Part shown: piece after piece, positions 30,039-39,877 of the stretch
Layout of the letters: each line of letters starts with the position of its first letter
Position numbering within the stretch: position 1 is the stretch's first letter
Source: a virus
Lineage: Duplodnaviria > Caudoviricetes
DNA: 64,000 nucleotides
IMG/VR virus record: IMGVR_UViG_3300037067_013225
Location: 96,001 to 160,000 of that record
Direction: 5' to 3' (one strand)
The notes under the pieces: model-generated
What the model saw: the letters and a program-made list of their open reading frames with translations, nothing else
What the model was told of the DNA's origin: nothing
The model's database searches: none
Translations under genes and position numbers: made by a program

Positions 30039-32233
30039 TGTATGATTTAATCAACTACGATCAATATGTATATGATGCCGAAGGGCAGTCATTTGACTTT
30101 CGCATCGTGTGCCGGAATAAAACTACCGGTGGTGATCGTACTGTTCGTGGAGTAAATTATCTAGACTATAGGCGTAGCTATCAAACATATATCCATTCGC
30201 TTAACGATAACTCCGCTGGTGAATTGGCGCGAGATTCTACCAGATTATATGGATACGCGGTATCTGCGATAACAGATAGGGAAGAAACTAAAAACAAAAT
30301 AGATCTGCCGTCACAATATATCATATATGGTGTGACAGATTATGGTGATCGTATTCCGATAATGACTTTAACATTAACTTCATTCAATTATAATTTACGT
30401 GGACGGGCTACATTTAGTATCAGTGACTACTATGCTACGGGAGAAATCGTTTCGCAAACATTGGAAGATGAATACGATATAAGTCCCAGTTACCTGTATA
30501 GGCAGGTATTGCGATATACTTATTATGATCACAGCGGATATCATGAGATGGAATATGCCGGTACACCTAGGCAGATTATAAATTACCTAATTGGTGGATT
30601 ACCGTTTGCGACAGAGCTTTTAGTAGAGCCTGCATTTGTGGGAGACGCTTTAAATGCTATAGCTTACGATCAAGATACCATAGATAACGAAGGTAGTTTG
30701 TATTCTGATGATAGATTGCGTCCAGGGGTATATTTTACCTCTATATGGCAGGACTATTACGATAATTCTCAGTTTTCGACCATTGCTTTAGTTCCAACTG
30801 AAATTGAATTTGTAGACAGTAACAATGCACCAATATATGCGCTTATTAAGAGTGTTGTATCTACTGTGGATATTGTATCTCAGAGGATATTTAGGGCATT
30901 CGATAGCTTTTTTATTAAAACTATTAACTTATTGGATTATAAATATTGGACCACGGTATTGGATACCAAGATATTCAAATATTCGTATCAGGAAAATAAA
31001 ACAACTACAATTTCGGCGATTAATTATAATGTTTTGAATCAGCTTGAGTCTATTGAGGTTGCAGATGCCACTCGCTGGCCTGATTTCGCCATGGTGTTGA
31101 TCGATCAGGAGCTAGCACAATTTACCAGTCGGATTGGGAACATCCTGTATATTGATGAGGGGAATAGGCATATTGATGGTGTTCGTAATATGCCATTACG
31201 GGTTGGACAAACCGTGAAACTATATGGAGATGTGAGATTAACAGAGAATCAAGATGCATTCAGATCGCGATTGATGTCCTTTTTGGGCGAAAAAGAGACG
31301 CCCAAGGCTCTAAATAATGCCCTGCAAATTTTATTACAAAACTCTGAAGGTGCAACTGGTGAAGTATTTGATTTCCACAGTTATGACTACCTAACATCAG
31401 AAAATATCAGATGGGCATTTCCTAAACGCGAAATTGGTTGGTTTGCTGGTGGAAACGGGGATTATTCGTTAAAATCCGCCACCTGCTCATATGTGGCAGC
31501 TACAAAAACACTCACATTGAGCAATTTGTCGAACAGTCTAGGATATTTGACATCTGGAGACACCGTTTATGTAAAATATGGTGGAGATGACGAGATATCT
31601 ATCGGGTATGTTTATTCTATCGATGCGATTAATAATACGGTTGTTTTGATAGACGCATTGACTGATTCTGACGGCGTTTTGTTGGGGAATGTTACGGGAT
31701 CGGCATCATTTTATGCACTTGGTTCATCGCAAACAAGGATTAAGGAATCCGATATCGGTGACGCATTCGATTTTGAAGACGAGACGATTTTAAATCATTC
31801 GCTAGAGACATTGGGATATTTCCACAATACACAAGATATTAAGACCATCTATTACGAAACTATCACGAACCAAGGCTCTACTACTTTACCGATAGCGATT
31901 GCGTCTGAAGATACATCCCAATATGACGAAGCTATTTATAACATTGCTGGGATTACCGGCACAAATAACCAATACAACTATACGGGTAAAATTTTATCGT
32001 ACAGCTATGAGCCTTTTGTGGTAAACGCTTTATCGGGTAGATATCCGTTTATTGTTAGGGTGAATGATTGGAATTTTAATGATCAGATTATTGTAGAAAC
32101 TATCGAACAATTAAAAACTATCGGTACAACGCCAAATTATGTCATAAATAAAGATATTACATCATTTAGAACGACTATCGGATCTGATAAATCCCCATTC
32201 ATCGATTTTTGTATTATAGCCAAAACAAAGTAG
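30038..32233 (+). CDS. Baseplate wedge protein (gpI/gp7-like) with inserted domains
   Basis: LDYKYW...RLTENQDAFRSRL...ETPKAL and C-terminal IEQLKTIGT. Confidence 0.55.
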   Translation: MYDLINYDQYVYDAEGQSFDFRIVCRNKTTGGDRTVRGVNYLDYRRSYQTYIHSLNDNSAGELARDSTRLYGYAVSAITDREETKNKIDLPSQYIIYGVTDYGDRIPIMTLTLTSFNYNLRGRATFSISDYYATGEIVSQTLEDEYDISPSYLYRQVLRYTYYDHSGYHEMEYAGTPRQIINYLIGGLPFATELLVEPAFVGDALNAIAYDQDTIDNEGSLYSDDRLRPGVYFTSIWQDYYDNSQFSTIALVPTEIEFVDSNNAPIYALIKSVVSTVDIVSQRIFRAFDSFFIKTINLLDYKYWTTVLDTKIFKYSYQENKTTTISAINYNVLNQLESIEVADATRWPDFAMVLIDQELAQFTSRIGNILYIDEGNRHIDGVRNMPLRVGQTVKLYGDVRLTENQDAFRSRLMSFLGEKETPKALNNALQILLQNSEGATGEVFDFHSYDYLTSENIRWAFPKREIGWFAGGNGDYSLKSATCSYVAATKTLTLSNLSNSLGYLTSGDTVYVKYGGDDEISIGYVYSIDAINNTVVLIDALTDSDGVLLGNVTGSASFYALGSSQTRIKESDIGDAFDFEDETILNHSLETLGYFHNTQDIKTIYYETITNQGSTTLPIAIASEDTSQYDEAIYNIAGITGTNNQYNYTGKILSYSYEPFVVNALSGRYPFIVRVNDWNFNDQIIVETIEQLKTIGTTPNYVINKDITSFRTTIGSDKSPFIDFCIIAKTK

Positions 32234-32251
32234 CAAATCGGAGTAAAATAA

Positions 32252-33706
32252 ATGGTCTTGGTTCAAGATGATTTTTCTATTAATTGTCCTTTTAGGACGA
32301 TATCGGCAGGTTCGCCCGATGACTTATTTCTGGGCCAAATTGATATGCGGGCAGACGAAGGTATCGTTACAGATGCCACAGATGGCGCGACATTCCGCGC
32401 AACAATCCCGACAGAACTTGTAACTACGCAACTAGGTTCCGATAATTATGAGGTCTGGTCGGATAACGAAGGCACTGCCAGCCAAGTAGATTATCATAAT
32501 TTCGTAGACTATATTAAGCTATATGTTACGAATACTGGCGATGAAAACGCCATTGATCCACGACTATCAATAACGGGGGTTATGAAGCCCACAGATACCA
32601 ATGTCACAGATATCTATTCCTTGTATGCGGCATTGGGATTCGTTGATGATGCCGACTATATGGAGCGTTCAACGACTAGTGTTGCAAACGATTACGCAAA
32701 TGGGACACGTGAAGGATTCCCCTCATATGCCTTTAATTCATCCGATGTCACAGATCACTTATCCGGTATCAAAGTGGCGGAAGATATCGTTAACTGCGGC
32801 CTCGGCTCTAATGCATTATTCGGTGCTCATAAAGTAATCCGCAAAATAGATCAAGACTCAGATCTATATCAAGAGAACAAATCACTACGTGCATCTTGGA
32901 CAGGATCGCCCACGCCGTTTAAATTATATGCTATTGGAGAAACCAATAGAGCCATCGTGATAGGATTAGTGACCCCTGGAACCGATCCTGATGAAACATT
33001 ATTCATTGATGCGTTTTCACCATATGCGAATATTTATTTTCAGAAAATATATGGTATTGTAGCCATCAAGAGCACCGAAATCATCACATGCTGGAATGAT
33101 ATCACTAAAGATAAGCTATATACACCGAATGTCGATATAGATATTGAGTGGAAATTATCAACCAGTTCTACATGGGCGAATTGGATTACACTTACTACAT
33201 CAATGGCGTATTCTTTGACGTTCTTTGATGAGCGTATCATTTATTATGGTTCAAATCAGAATCTCATTGTTTCGTCTAATGCTTATGGATTACATCAGAC
33301 ACGTCTTCACACAACAACTAATTCTACTGTATTGATAAGTGAGCCTGGTGATTGGTCCGTGAATCCTAGCGATGATCAAATCGGTTATATTGATTTCTCG
33401 TCGCCGGGAGTTGATCTGACCGATATTAAATTGGGTGATAGAGCCTTGGGGGTGGACAGTGCTGGTGATGTGTATGATTTAGGGTGGATTGTAGATATTG
33501 GTGACACCCCATCTTATGGTACTCTTACAACCTCAATTTATCCTCAAGATAGTGCAGATTTAGCACCAACAAGTTTCGATTTAATTAAAATCATTGATGG
33601 GACACGTTCCAGGTTTGGATTTTGGTTCCGGCGTGAATGTGCATGTCAGGTAACTGCGCCTGCGGATTGTACTTATGATGCATATTTCCGAGTTACCTCT
33701 ACATAA
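32252..33706 (+). CDS. Hypothetical virion protein (484 aa)
   Basis: Asp/Thr-rich beta protein with a GGAG RBS, in the tail region. Confidence 0.5.
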   Translation: MVLVQDDFSINCPFRTISAGSPDDLFLGQIDMRADEGIVTDATDGATFRATIPTELVTTQLGSDNYEVWSDNEGTASQVDYHNFVDYIKLYVTNTGDENAIDPRLSITGVMKPTDTNVTDIYSLYAALGFVDDADYMERSTTSVANDYANGTREGFPSYAFNSSDVTDHLSGIKVAEDIVNCGLGSNALFGAHKVIRKIDQDSDLYQENKSLRASWTGSPTPFKLYAIGETNRAIVIGLVTPGTDPDETLFIDAFSPYANIYFQKIYGIVAIKSTEIITCWNDITKDKLYTPNVDIDIEWKLSTSSTWANWITLTTSMAYSLTFFDERIIYYGSNQNLIVSSNAYGLHQTRLHTTTNSTVLISEPGDWSVNPSDDQIGYIDFSSPGVDLTDIKLGDRALGVDSAGDVYDLGWIVDIGDTPSYGTLTTSIYPQDSADLAPTSFDLIKIIDGTRSRFGFWFRRECACQVTAPADCTYDAYFRVTST

Positions 33707-33717
33707 TAGGACAATAT

Positions 33718-33945
33718 ATGCAACCGTTGTTAACACGCTATAAGATAATTTTATTTTCTCTGTCTGTATTCGGGATCATTGCGCTTACTGTGGTTGGTAC
33801 AGATTCGTATCGATTAATTTCTGGGCAGGCAACCGAATATAGCTCTACGTCATTGATGATTATTACCGCATTGGTTGGATTCTTTAGCGGTGTGGTTTCC
33901 GGATATGTGGAGGCCAAGAGGCACGAAGATAGTCCAGGCGCATAA
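33718..33945 (+). CDS. Small two-TM membrane protein (holin-like)
   Basis: Two hydrophobic segments (IILFSLSVFGIIALTVVG; LMIITALVGFFSGVVSGYV) and a charged C-terminus. Confidence 0.45.
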   Translation: MQPLLTRYKIILFSLSVFGIIALTVVGTDSYRLISGQATEYSSTSLMIITALVGFFSGVVSGYVEAKRHEDSPGA

Positions 33946-36251
33946 TGGCTGAATTTTATTCCAACGATAACATTCCGAAGTCATTTTTAGATATCGAAAG
34001 CTCATTCGATATAGCATCTGGCGTATCGGATTTATTTGATACGGTTCAACCGAATGTTCATACGCGTCTTACTTCTGATATTTTGGCTACATCTACGGAT
34101 ATTCCTCTAGATGATATTACGGGATTTTTCCCGCCAGATATTGTTCCAGATATAAATAATCCCTTCGGTATACCTAGCGCTACTTCAGATTGGGGTAGGG
34201 TTATTTTGCATATAGATGGAGAGATAATCCTGATTGAAGGATTCACTCTAACGACTGGTACGGCTGGTTTGGCGCATGTGGCACTGCGTAGTCCGGATAA
34301 TGGTCGTGGTTTAGTGGGAACGACACCCGCAGCACACTATACGGGTGCAAGGGTTTATAGTTTTGTTAGCTCTGTTTCGCACACCAATATTACCGCCTCT
34401 ATTAAAGAAATAGAATCACAATTAATCGATATATTTAATTATTCTACCGGACATGATCATTCCACTACTGGTGCAGGCAAACCCATACCTAGCGCTGGTA
34501 TACAGGCGGGTGCGATAACTGAGACCAAGCTTGCCACAAATGCTGTTACTGTTCCGAAGGTATCTATTGTTGGAACACCGGTGACGGGGAATGTGGTCGG
34601 ATATTCTGGCGGGAATTTTGTTTGGACATCCGGAAGTACGGGTGGTTCCGGTTCATCTGGAGTGTCGGGATATTCGGGGTATTCGGGTGCAGGCACATCT
34701 GGTATATCCGGGTACAGCGGGAAAAGCGGGTATTCCGGTATATCCGGCTATTCTGGTAGCGGGATCAGTGGATACTCTGGGATTTCCGGTTATAGCGGAA
34801 GAAGTGGTTACTCTGGTTCTGGAATATCTGGGTATTCGGGAACTTCCGGATATTCTGGTTACAGTGGTATTTCAGGTTATTCCGGCATAAGCGGCTATTC
34901 GGGGATTTCTGGTTATTCTGGATCTGGGATCTCCGGTTATAGTGGGTCGGGTGTTTCGGGTTATTCCGGTATTTCCGGATATAGTGGTCAGGCCGCAGTC
35001 GGTGTTTATTTATTTTATCATAGCGAGGCAGACGAAACTAGTATCGCGGATTATTATGGTTGGAAACGTTCCACGCTAGATACCACAGATAATCATCTAA
35101 TCGCGTCTGGCGCTACGGGTACCGAATGGCAGATGAAATGGGACGGTACAGGTAATGCCGTATCACACATTACGGTGCCAAATATTCCAGGTGTATTATT
35201 GATTCCGGCTGGTAACTGGAATTTTAATATGTATGCGCATGTGGATAATGCTACTGGTTCTACATATTTAAAAGTATATGTTTTACGAAGAGACATTGCG
35301 GGGAATGAGTATCCTCTATTCGATACGACGAGTCCAGAGATAAATGACACTTCGGTTGCCGCACTAAATTGGTCATATTATACAAATCCGATTGCGTTGG
35401 GTGCTACTACCGACAGATTGGTTTGTAAAATGTTTATGGTTGCTTCGTCTACCAGAACATTGACTTTGACATGTGGCAGTCAAACATATTCTGCCCATGT
35501 GGAAACACCCATTACGGTTGGTGCGGAAGGTGCATCGGGTTTTTCGGGGATTTCAGGTTACTCTGGGATCAGCGGATATTCGGGAATTTCTGGTTATAGC
35601 GGGAAAAGTGGATATTCTGGAATCTCTGGTTATAGCGGAATATCAGGGTATTCTGGATCGGGTATATCGGGTTATAGTGGCAGCGGTATTTCCGGGTACT
35701 CTGGAACTTCCGGCTATAGTGGTATTTCCGGCTATTCAGGTACAAAACCTTCGGGACAAATATTCCTAAGTGCTGCTGGTATGTGGCCCTCACAAACAAG
35801 CGGTTGTGCTAGTGCTGCCCAACTAGAGATGGGTACGAATAAGGAAAGCTTTTACTATTTGGCCTTCGATGCATCTACCGCAGAATACGCCCAAGCAACA
35901 ATAATTATGCCTGCGGATTGGGATGCTGGAACGGTGACTGCTTCGATATATTGGACTCATCCTGCCGCTTTAACCAACTTCGACGTCGTGTGGGCCTGTG
36001 CTGGTAATGCATATGGAAACGATGACACATTGGATGCAGCGTTTTCTGCCGGTGTTGCGGTGACAGATACGGGTGGAACTACGTCAGATCTATACATTAC
36101 TGCCGCAACGGGTGCAATAACATTAGCCGGGACTCCTGCTGCTGGAGAATTGGTGCAATTCAGAGTATATCGAAATGCTGCCGATGGTGCAGATACACTA
36201 GGAACCGACGCATATTTATTGGGAGTGCTGATTAATTTCACTAGAACGTAA
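33945..36251 (+). CDS. Tail fibre protein with collagen-like Gly-X-Ser repeats
   Basis: GHDH and IQAGAITETKLATNAVT fibre motifs; two blocks of SGYSGISG repeats; globular domains between and after them. Confidence 0.75.
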   Translation: MAEFYSNDNIPKSFLDIESSFDIASGVSDLFDTVQPNVHTRLTSDILATSTDIPLDDITGFFPPDIVPDINNPFGIPSATSDWGRVILHIDGEIILIEGFTLTTGTAGLAHVALRSPDNGRGLVGTTPAAHYTGARVYSFVSSVSHTNITASIKEIESQLIDIFNYSTGHDHSTTGAGKPIPSAGIQAGAITETKLATNAVTVPKVSIVGTPVTGNVVGYSGGNFVWTSGSTGGSGSSGVSGYSGYSGAGTSGISGYSGKSGYSGISGYSGSGISGYSGISGYSGRSGYSGSGISGYSGTSGYSGYSGISGYSGISGYSGISGYSGSGISGYSGSGVSGYSGISGYSGQAAVGVYLFYHSEADETSIADYYGWKRSTLDTTDNHLIASGATGTEWQMKWDGTGNAVSHITVPNIPGVLLIPAGNWNFNMYAHVDNATGSTYLKVYVLRRDIAGNEYPLFDTTSPEINDTSVAALNWSYYTNPIALGATTDRLVCKMFMVASSTRTLTLTCGSQTYSAHVETPITVGAEGASGFSGISGYSGISGYSGISGYSGKSGYSGISGYSGISGYSGSGISGYSGSGISGYSGTSGYSGISGYSGTKPSGQIFLSAAGMWPSQTSGCASAAQLEMGTNKESFYYLAFDASTAEYAQATIIMPADWDAGTVTASIYWTHPAALTNFDVVWACAGNAYGNDDTLDAAFSAGVAVTDTGGTTSDLYITAATGAITLAGTPAAGELVQFRVYRNAADGADTLGTDAYLLGVLINFTRT
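34656..34988 (+). repeat. (SG[YIKT])n collagen-like repeat block 1
   Basis: Gly at every third residue, with occasional SGSG slips; codons are synonymously diversified. Confidence 0.9.
35535..35741 (+). repeat. (SG[YIKT])n collagen-like repeat block 2
   Basis: Same unit as block 1. Confidence 0.9.
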
Positions 36252-36811
36252 TGGCTACCGCGACTAAAGCAACAACTCATGCCGTAGATAGTTCTACCGT
36301 TGGTACAGTTGCCTGGGGTAGTCCAGGCAATGTAACAGCTAATGATGCAACATTTTCTACCGCTTTATATTCTGGAACTAAAACAGCTACGACGCATTAC
36401 CTATATTGTGATACTTTCGGTTTTGATATACCTTATGGTGCAATAATTAATGGAATCGTAGCGGGCATTCATTGCAAATCATCTGCAAGTAGTGTTGGAG
36501 ACTATTGTGTAGATGGTGTGGTTAAATTAATCAAGGCAGATTCAAGTCTGAGCGCTACCGATAATGCTTTGGCTAGCCATTGGGATACGGTAGAGACGGA
36601 CACTCCTCACGGAAGTTCAACCGATTTATGGGGCGAAACTTGGACTCCCGCCAATATCAACAGTTCTGCATTTGGTATGGTTTTGTCGGTCCTAATAGCC
36701 TCCACATCTTTTACGATGGCATCTGTAGATTACATATATATTACAGTATACTATACGCCTAGGATACCGAGAAATTCATCTGCCGTTTATCAAAATCCTT
36801 GCATAATTTAG
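36251..36811 (+). CDS. Virion/fibre-associated beta-sandwich protein
   Basis: FGFDIPYGAIINGI...GSSTDLWGETWTPANINSSAFG...VDYIYITVYYT; follows the fibre gene. Confidence 0.55.
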   Translation: MATATKATTHAVDSSTVGTVAWGSPGNVTANDATFSTALYSGTKTATTHYLYCDTFGFDIPYGAIINGIVAGIHCKSSASSVGDYCVDGVVKLIKADSSLSATDNALASHWDTVETDTPHGSSTDLWGETWTPANINSSAFGMVLSVLIASTSFTMASVDYIYITVYYTPRIPRNSSAVYQNPCII

Positions 36812-36827
36812 ATATCTGTGGTATAAT
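36799..36827 (+). promoter_or_regulatory. Sigma70-type promoter TTGCAT-N17-TATAAT with extended -10 (TGTGG)
   Basis: -35 at 36799-36804 and -10 at 36822-36827, just upstream of the glycosyltransferase ATG at 36843. Confidence 0.75.
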
Positions 36828-36842
36828 ATCGGTGAGAGAGAC

Positions 36843-39176
36843 ATGCCCAATATATCTGTGGTTATACCTGTTGGCCCTGGTTACGAGATCACAAAAAACT
36901 GTATCGAATCGCTTTTAAAGTATACAGATCTACACAATATCAATCTGATTGCTGTTATTAATGGCACAGAGCAAGAAACGTATGATTATCTTCACGACAT
37001 ACAACCCAAAGTCGAATTAATCACTTTAGTAGAGCCTTGGGGTTATACACGCGCAACTAACGCTGGCATTAAGCGAGCTTTAGAGAATGGGAGCGACTTC
37101 ATTATCTTATTAAATAATGATACGGTATTTTTAGAACAACAACCAAATACTTGGCTCGATCATCTTCTTAAACCGTTTAGCAATTCTGATGTCGGAATTA
37201 CAGGACCACTAATTAGACATGATGACGGATGCAATGAGGATTTTATCGTATTCTTCTGTGCTTGTATATCTGCCAAGTTATTCAGAGAAATCGGTGTTCT
37301 GGATGAGGTATTCAATCCGGGCGGTTTTGAAGATGTTGATTTCTGTATTAGAGCGCGGCAAGCCGGTTATAAAATAGTCCAGGTTCCCGATGATAGAATT
37401 TTTGAGAACTATGCCACCGGTGTATTCCCAATATTCCACATGGGAGAGCAAACCGTTTCTAAAATTCCCAACTGGAACGGCATCTTTGAAAGAAACCGTG
37501 TTGTGTTAAAAGAAAAATATACAATTAAACCAAATCATAATGATGGTCCGACTATCGGTACAAATGATCCGATTTCACATCGCGAATTTACTAGATATAA
37601 TTGGTGCAGAGAAAAAATCGAATCAACTTTCGGTAAAACGGCGGGATTACGTGTTTTAGATCTGGGTATGTCGTCTGGATACGGACAAAGGATATTACCT
37701 ACAGATATCGACTATGAGGGATGGGATATCAGTCAAGATATTATCGACTATGCTCGTCGTGAATTTCCACGGGGAAGATATCGGAAATTTGATCTGGAAA
37801 AGGATATTATCGATGGACAATGGGATGTGATTTTGGCCCTCGAAATCATTGAACACCTGGATAACGGATTGAGACTGGTCCAGGCTCTAAAGAATCATTG
37901 CAAATTATTATTGGTATCTGTACCAGAAAAAGATTCCGGTATATGGGGGGATTATCATAAATTACTCAACCTAACGGCAAAAGATTTTCCCGGATTCGAT
38001 ATCACAACTTATAGTCGGTTTAGTGGTGAAAGGATCATCAATACAATGTATGATGGATTTGAGAACCTATTTTTATCGTGGCCGCAAACCAAAAAGCATA
38101 TTCTGGTGGATGTTTGTACTAAAGATCGCTATTTCTCAACATTACCCATGACTTTAAGTTCCATAATTACACAAACCGTAACACCCGACAAAATTATTAT
38201 TGTGGATGATGGAGAGCAACGAGATTTGCGCCAGGTTCCTATTTATTCACATCTATTTCAGATGATGGCCGAAAAAGGTATAAATTGGTATATTGCATTC
38301 GGGCAAAAACGTGGGCAACATTATGGTCATCAAATGGTACAAGATATCGCAATAAATGAGGGGTATGATCTGGTTTGGCGGGTAGATGATGACACCGTTT
38401 CGGAACCGGATTGTCTAGAAAAACTTCTACACTCATGGAATCCGCATGTTGGTGCGGTGGGTGGAAGAATTTTAACACCCCCAACCAGGCTAGCACCGTC
38501 CAATCAACTGCAAGGCTCTATAAAAAATACCCAAGACAATCCCCAATGGTATAAGAATAATCCATGTTATACCGTTAATACGCAATCTATTGATAACGAT
38601 ATCGATGTAGATCATCTACATTGTTCATTTATATATCGTCCAGGTATAGCTGAGTATAATTTAGCGTTATCACCTGTAGCGCATACAGAGGAAACACAAT
38701 TCACTTACGAGATCAAACGTGCTGGCTATAGGGTGGTATTTCAACCGCAAGCGATAACATGGCATTTACGCAATCCCGAAGGCGGTATTAGATCACATTC
38801 AAATCAGGCATTTTATGATCACGATATCAAGATATTTAACAACAAACTCGCATCTTGGGGTATAGATGCGCCAACAACACCAGATATCAAGATTATCTGG
38901 TTGAAAACCGGTCTTGGCGATCATTTAGCTTTAAGCACATTAATACCGGAATTGGTTGCAAAATATGGCAAACTACATATCGTTTGTACATTGCCGGATG
39001 CGTTTTACGACATGAATGATATTTTTGTAGAGCCTTGGCCTGGGACAAAAGCTCTACAAATGGGATATACGCCACCTCCGGACGAAGAAATAAATATTTA
39101 TGTTTTTATGAAGAATAACAATTGGACAAATTCTCTCATTGATGCATATCGTGTATTTTATGGACTTGATAAATGA
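36843..39176 (+). CDS. Multidomain glycosyltransferase: GT2 + SAM-dependent methyltransferase + GT2 + GT9-like N-terminal fragment
   Basis: ISVVIP...LLNNDT...GGFEDVDFCIRA (GT2); VLDLGMSSGYG...DVILALEIIEHL (MTase); IIIVDDG...WRVDDD...EETQF (GT2); KTGLGDHL. Confidence 0.85.
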   Translation: MPNISVVIPVGPGYEITKNCIESLLKYTDLHNINLIAVINGTEQETYDYLHDIQPKVELITLVEPWGYTRATNAGIKRALENGSDFIILLNNDTVFLEQQPNTWLDHLLKPFSNSDVGITGPLIRHDDGCNEDFIVFFCACISAKLFREIGVLDEVFNPGGFEDVDFCIRARQAGYKIVQVPDDRIFENYATGVFPIFHMGEQTVSKIPNWNGIFERNRVVLKEKYTIKPNHNDGPTIGTNDPISHREFTRYNWCREKIESTFGKTAGLRVLDLGMSSGYGQRILPTDIDYEGWDISQDIIDYARREFPRGRYRKFDLEKDIIDGQWDVILALEIIEHLDNGLRLVQALKNHCKLLLVSVPEKDSGIWGDYHKLLNLTAKDFPGFDITTYSRFSGERIINTMYDGFENLFLSWPQTKKHILVDVCTKDRYFSTLPMTLSSIITQTVTPDKIIIVDDGEQRDLRQVPIYSHLFQMMAEKGINWYIAFGQKRGQHYGHQMVQDIAINEGYDLVWRVDDDTVSEPDCLEKLLHSWNPHVGAVGGRILTPPTRLAPSNQLQGSIKNTQDNPQWYKNNPCYTVNTQSIDNDIDVDHLHCSFIYRPGIAEYNLALSPVAHTEETQFTYEIKRAGYRVVFQPQAITWHLRNPEGGIRSHSNQAFYDHDIKIFNNKLASWGIDAPTTPDIKIIWLKTGLGDHLALSTLIPELVAKYGKLHIVCTLPDAFYDMNDIFVEPWPGTKALQMGYTPPPDEEINIYVFMKNNNWTNSLIDAYRVFYGLDK

Positions 39177-39877
39177 GAACCCTCGTGATCCCCGACATTC
39201 ATAATAAAGTTGGCAAAGCGGAAAAGATATTGCAATCGATTCCGCATGACAAGGCTATATTTTTGGGTGATTATTTTGACTCGTTTGAGGAAGAACCTGA
39301 TAATTTATCCACAATAAAAACTGCGCAATTCATCAATAGACATATTAATGATCCCAATACTATATTTGTGCAAGGCAATCATGATGCGCACTATATGTTT
39401 AATCGTGGATTTTTGCGTGGATCTGGATATACACCGGAAAAGGCGAAATTAATACAATCATTAGTTTCTCCACAAACATTCGGCAAAATGTCCCTATATA
39501 CGGTGGATCAGGGATTTAATTTATCCCATGCGGGATTTCATCCGAAACTATTCATGCATCCTGTTAAGGGTATGGATTATGACTATATTAATGGCATATT
39601 GAAACAAGCCGTTGAGGGCGGAATAAATAATGTTCCACATCCGGCATTGCAGCCCGGTCGTGCTCGTGGCGGTATAAATGAAGTACCAGGATTGACTTGG
39701 ACCGATTGGGATAATGAATTCGTACCGATATCTGGATTCAATCAGATAGTTGGTCACAGCAGTCATAGAGAACCGCAATTTAAAAACACATCGGATTCCA
39801 CGAATCTCGATCTGGATACGAATTTAGGTTACGTTGGTATGATTGATAATGGAAAATTGGATGTGCTAAAAGTATGA
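39173..39877 (+). CDS. Calcineurin-like metallophosphoesterase
   Basis: DIH, GDYFD, GNHD, SHAG and VGHS motifs. Confidence 0.9.
   Translation: MRTLVIPDIHNKVGKAEKILQSIPHDKAIFLGDYFDSFEEEPDNLSTIKTAQFINRHINDPNTIFVQGNHDAHYMFNRGFLRGSGYTPEKAKLIQSLVSPQTFGKMSLYTVDQGFNLSHAGFHPKLFMHPVKGMDYDYINGILKQAVEGGINNVPHPALQPGRARGGINEVPGLTWTDWDNEFVPISGFNQIVGHSSHREPQFKNTSDSTNLDLDTNLGYVGMIDNGKLDVLKV

Noticed and set aside
17518-32233. Bacterial extracellular contractile injection system or tailocin rather than a phage
   Set aside because: It is contiguous with phage-style DnaE, RNR, methylase and dozens of small early genes, and there are no host housekeeping operons.
34656-35741. Repeat blocks as a CRISPR array or DNA satellite
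   Set aside because: The periodicity is at the amino-acid level with scrambled synonymous codons, and there is no repeat-spacer structure.
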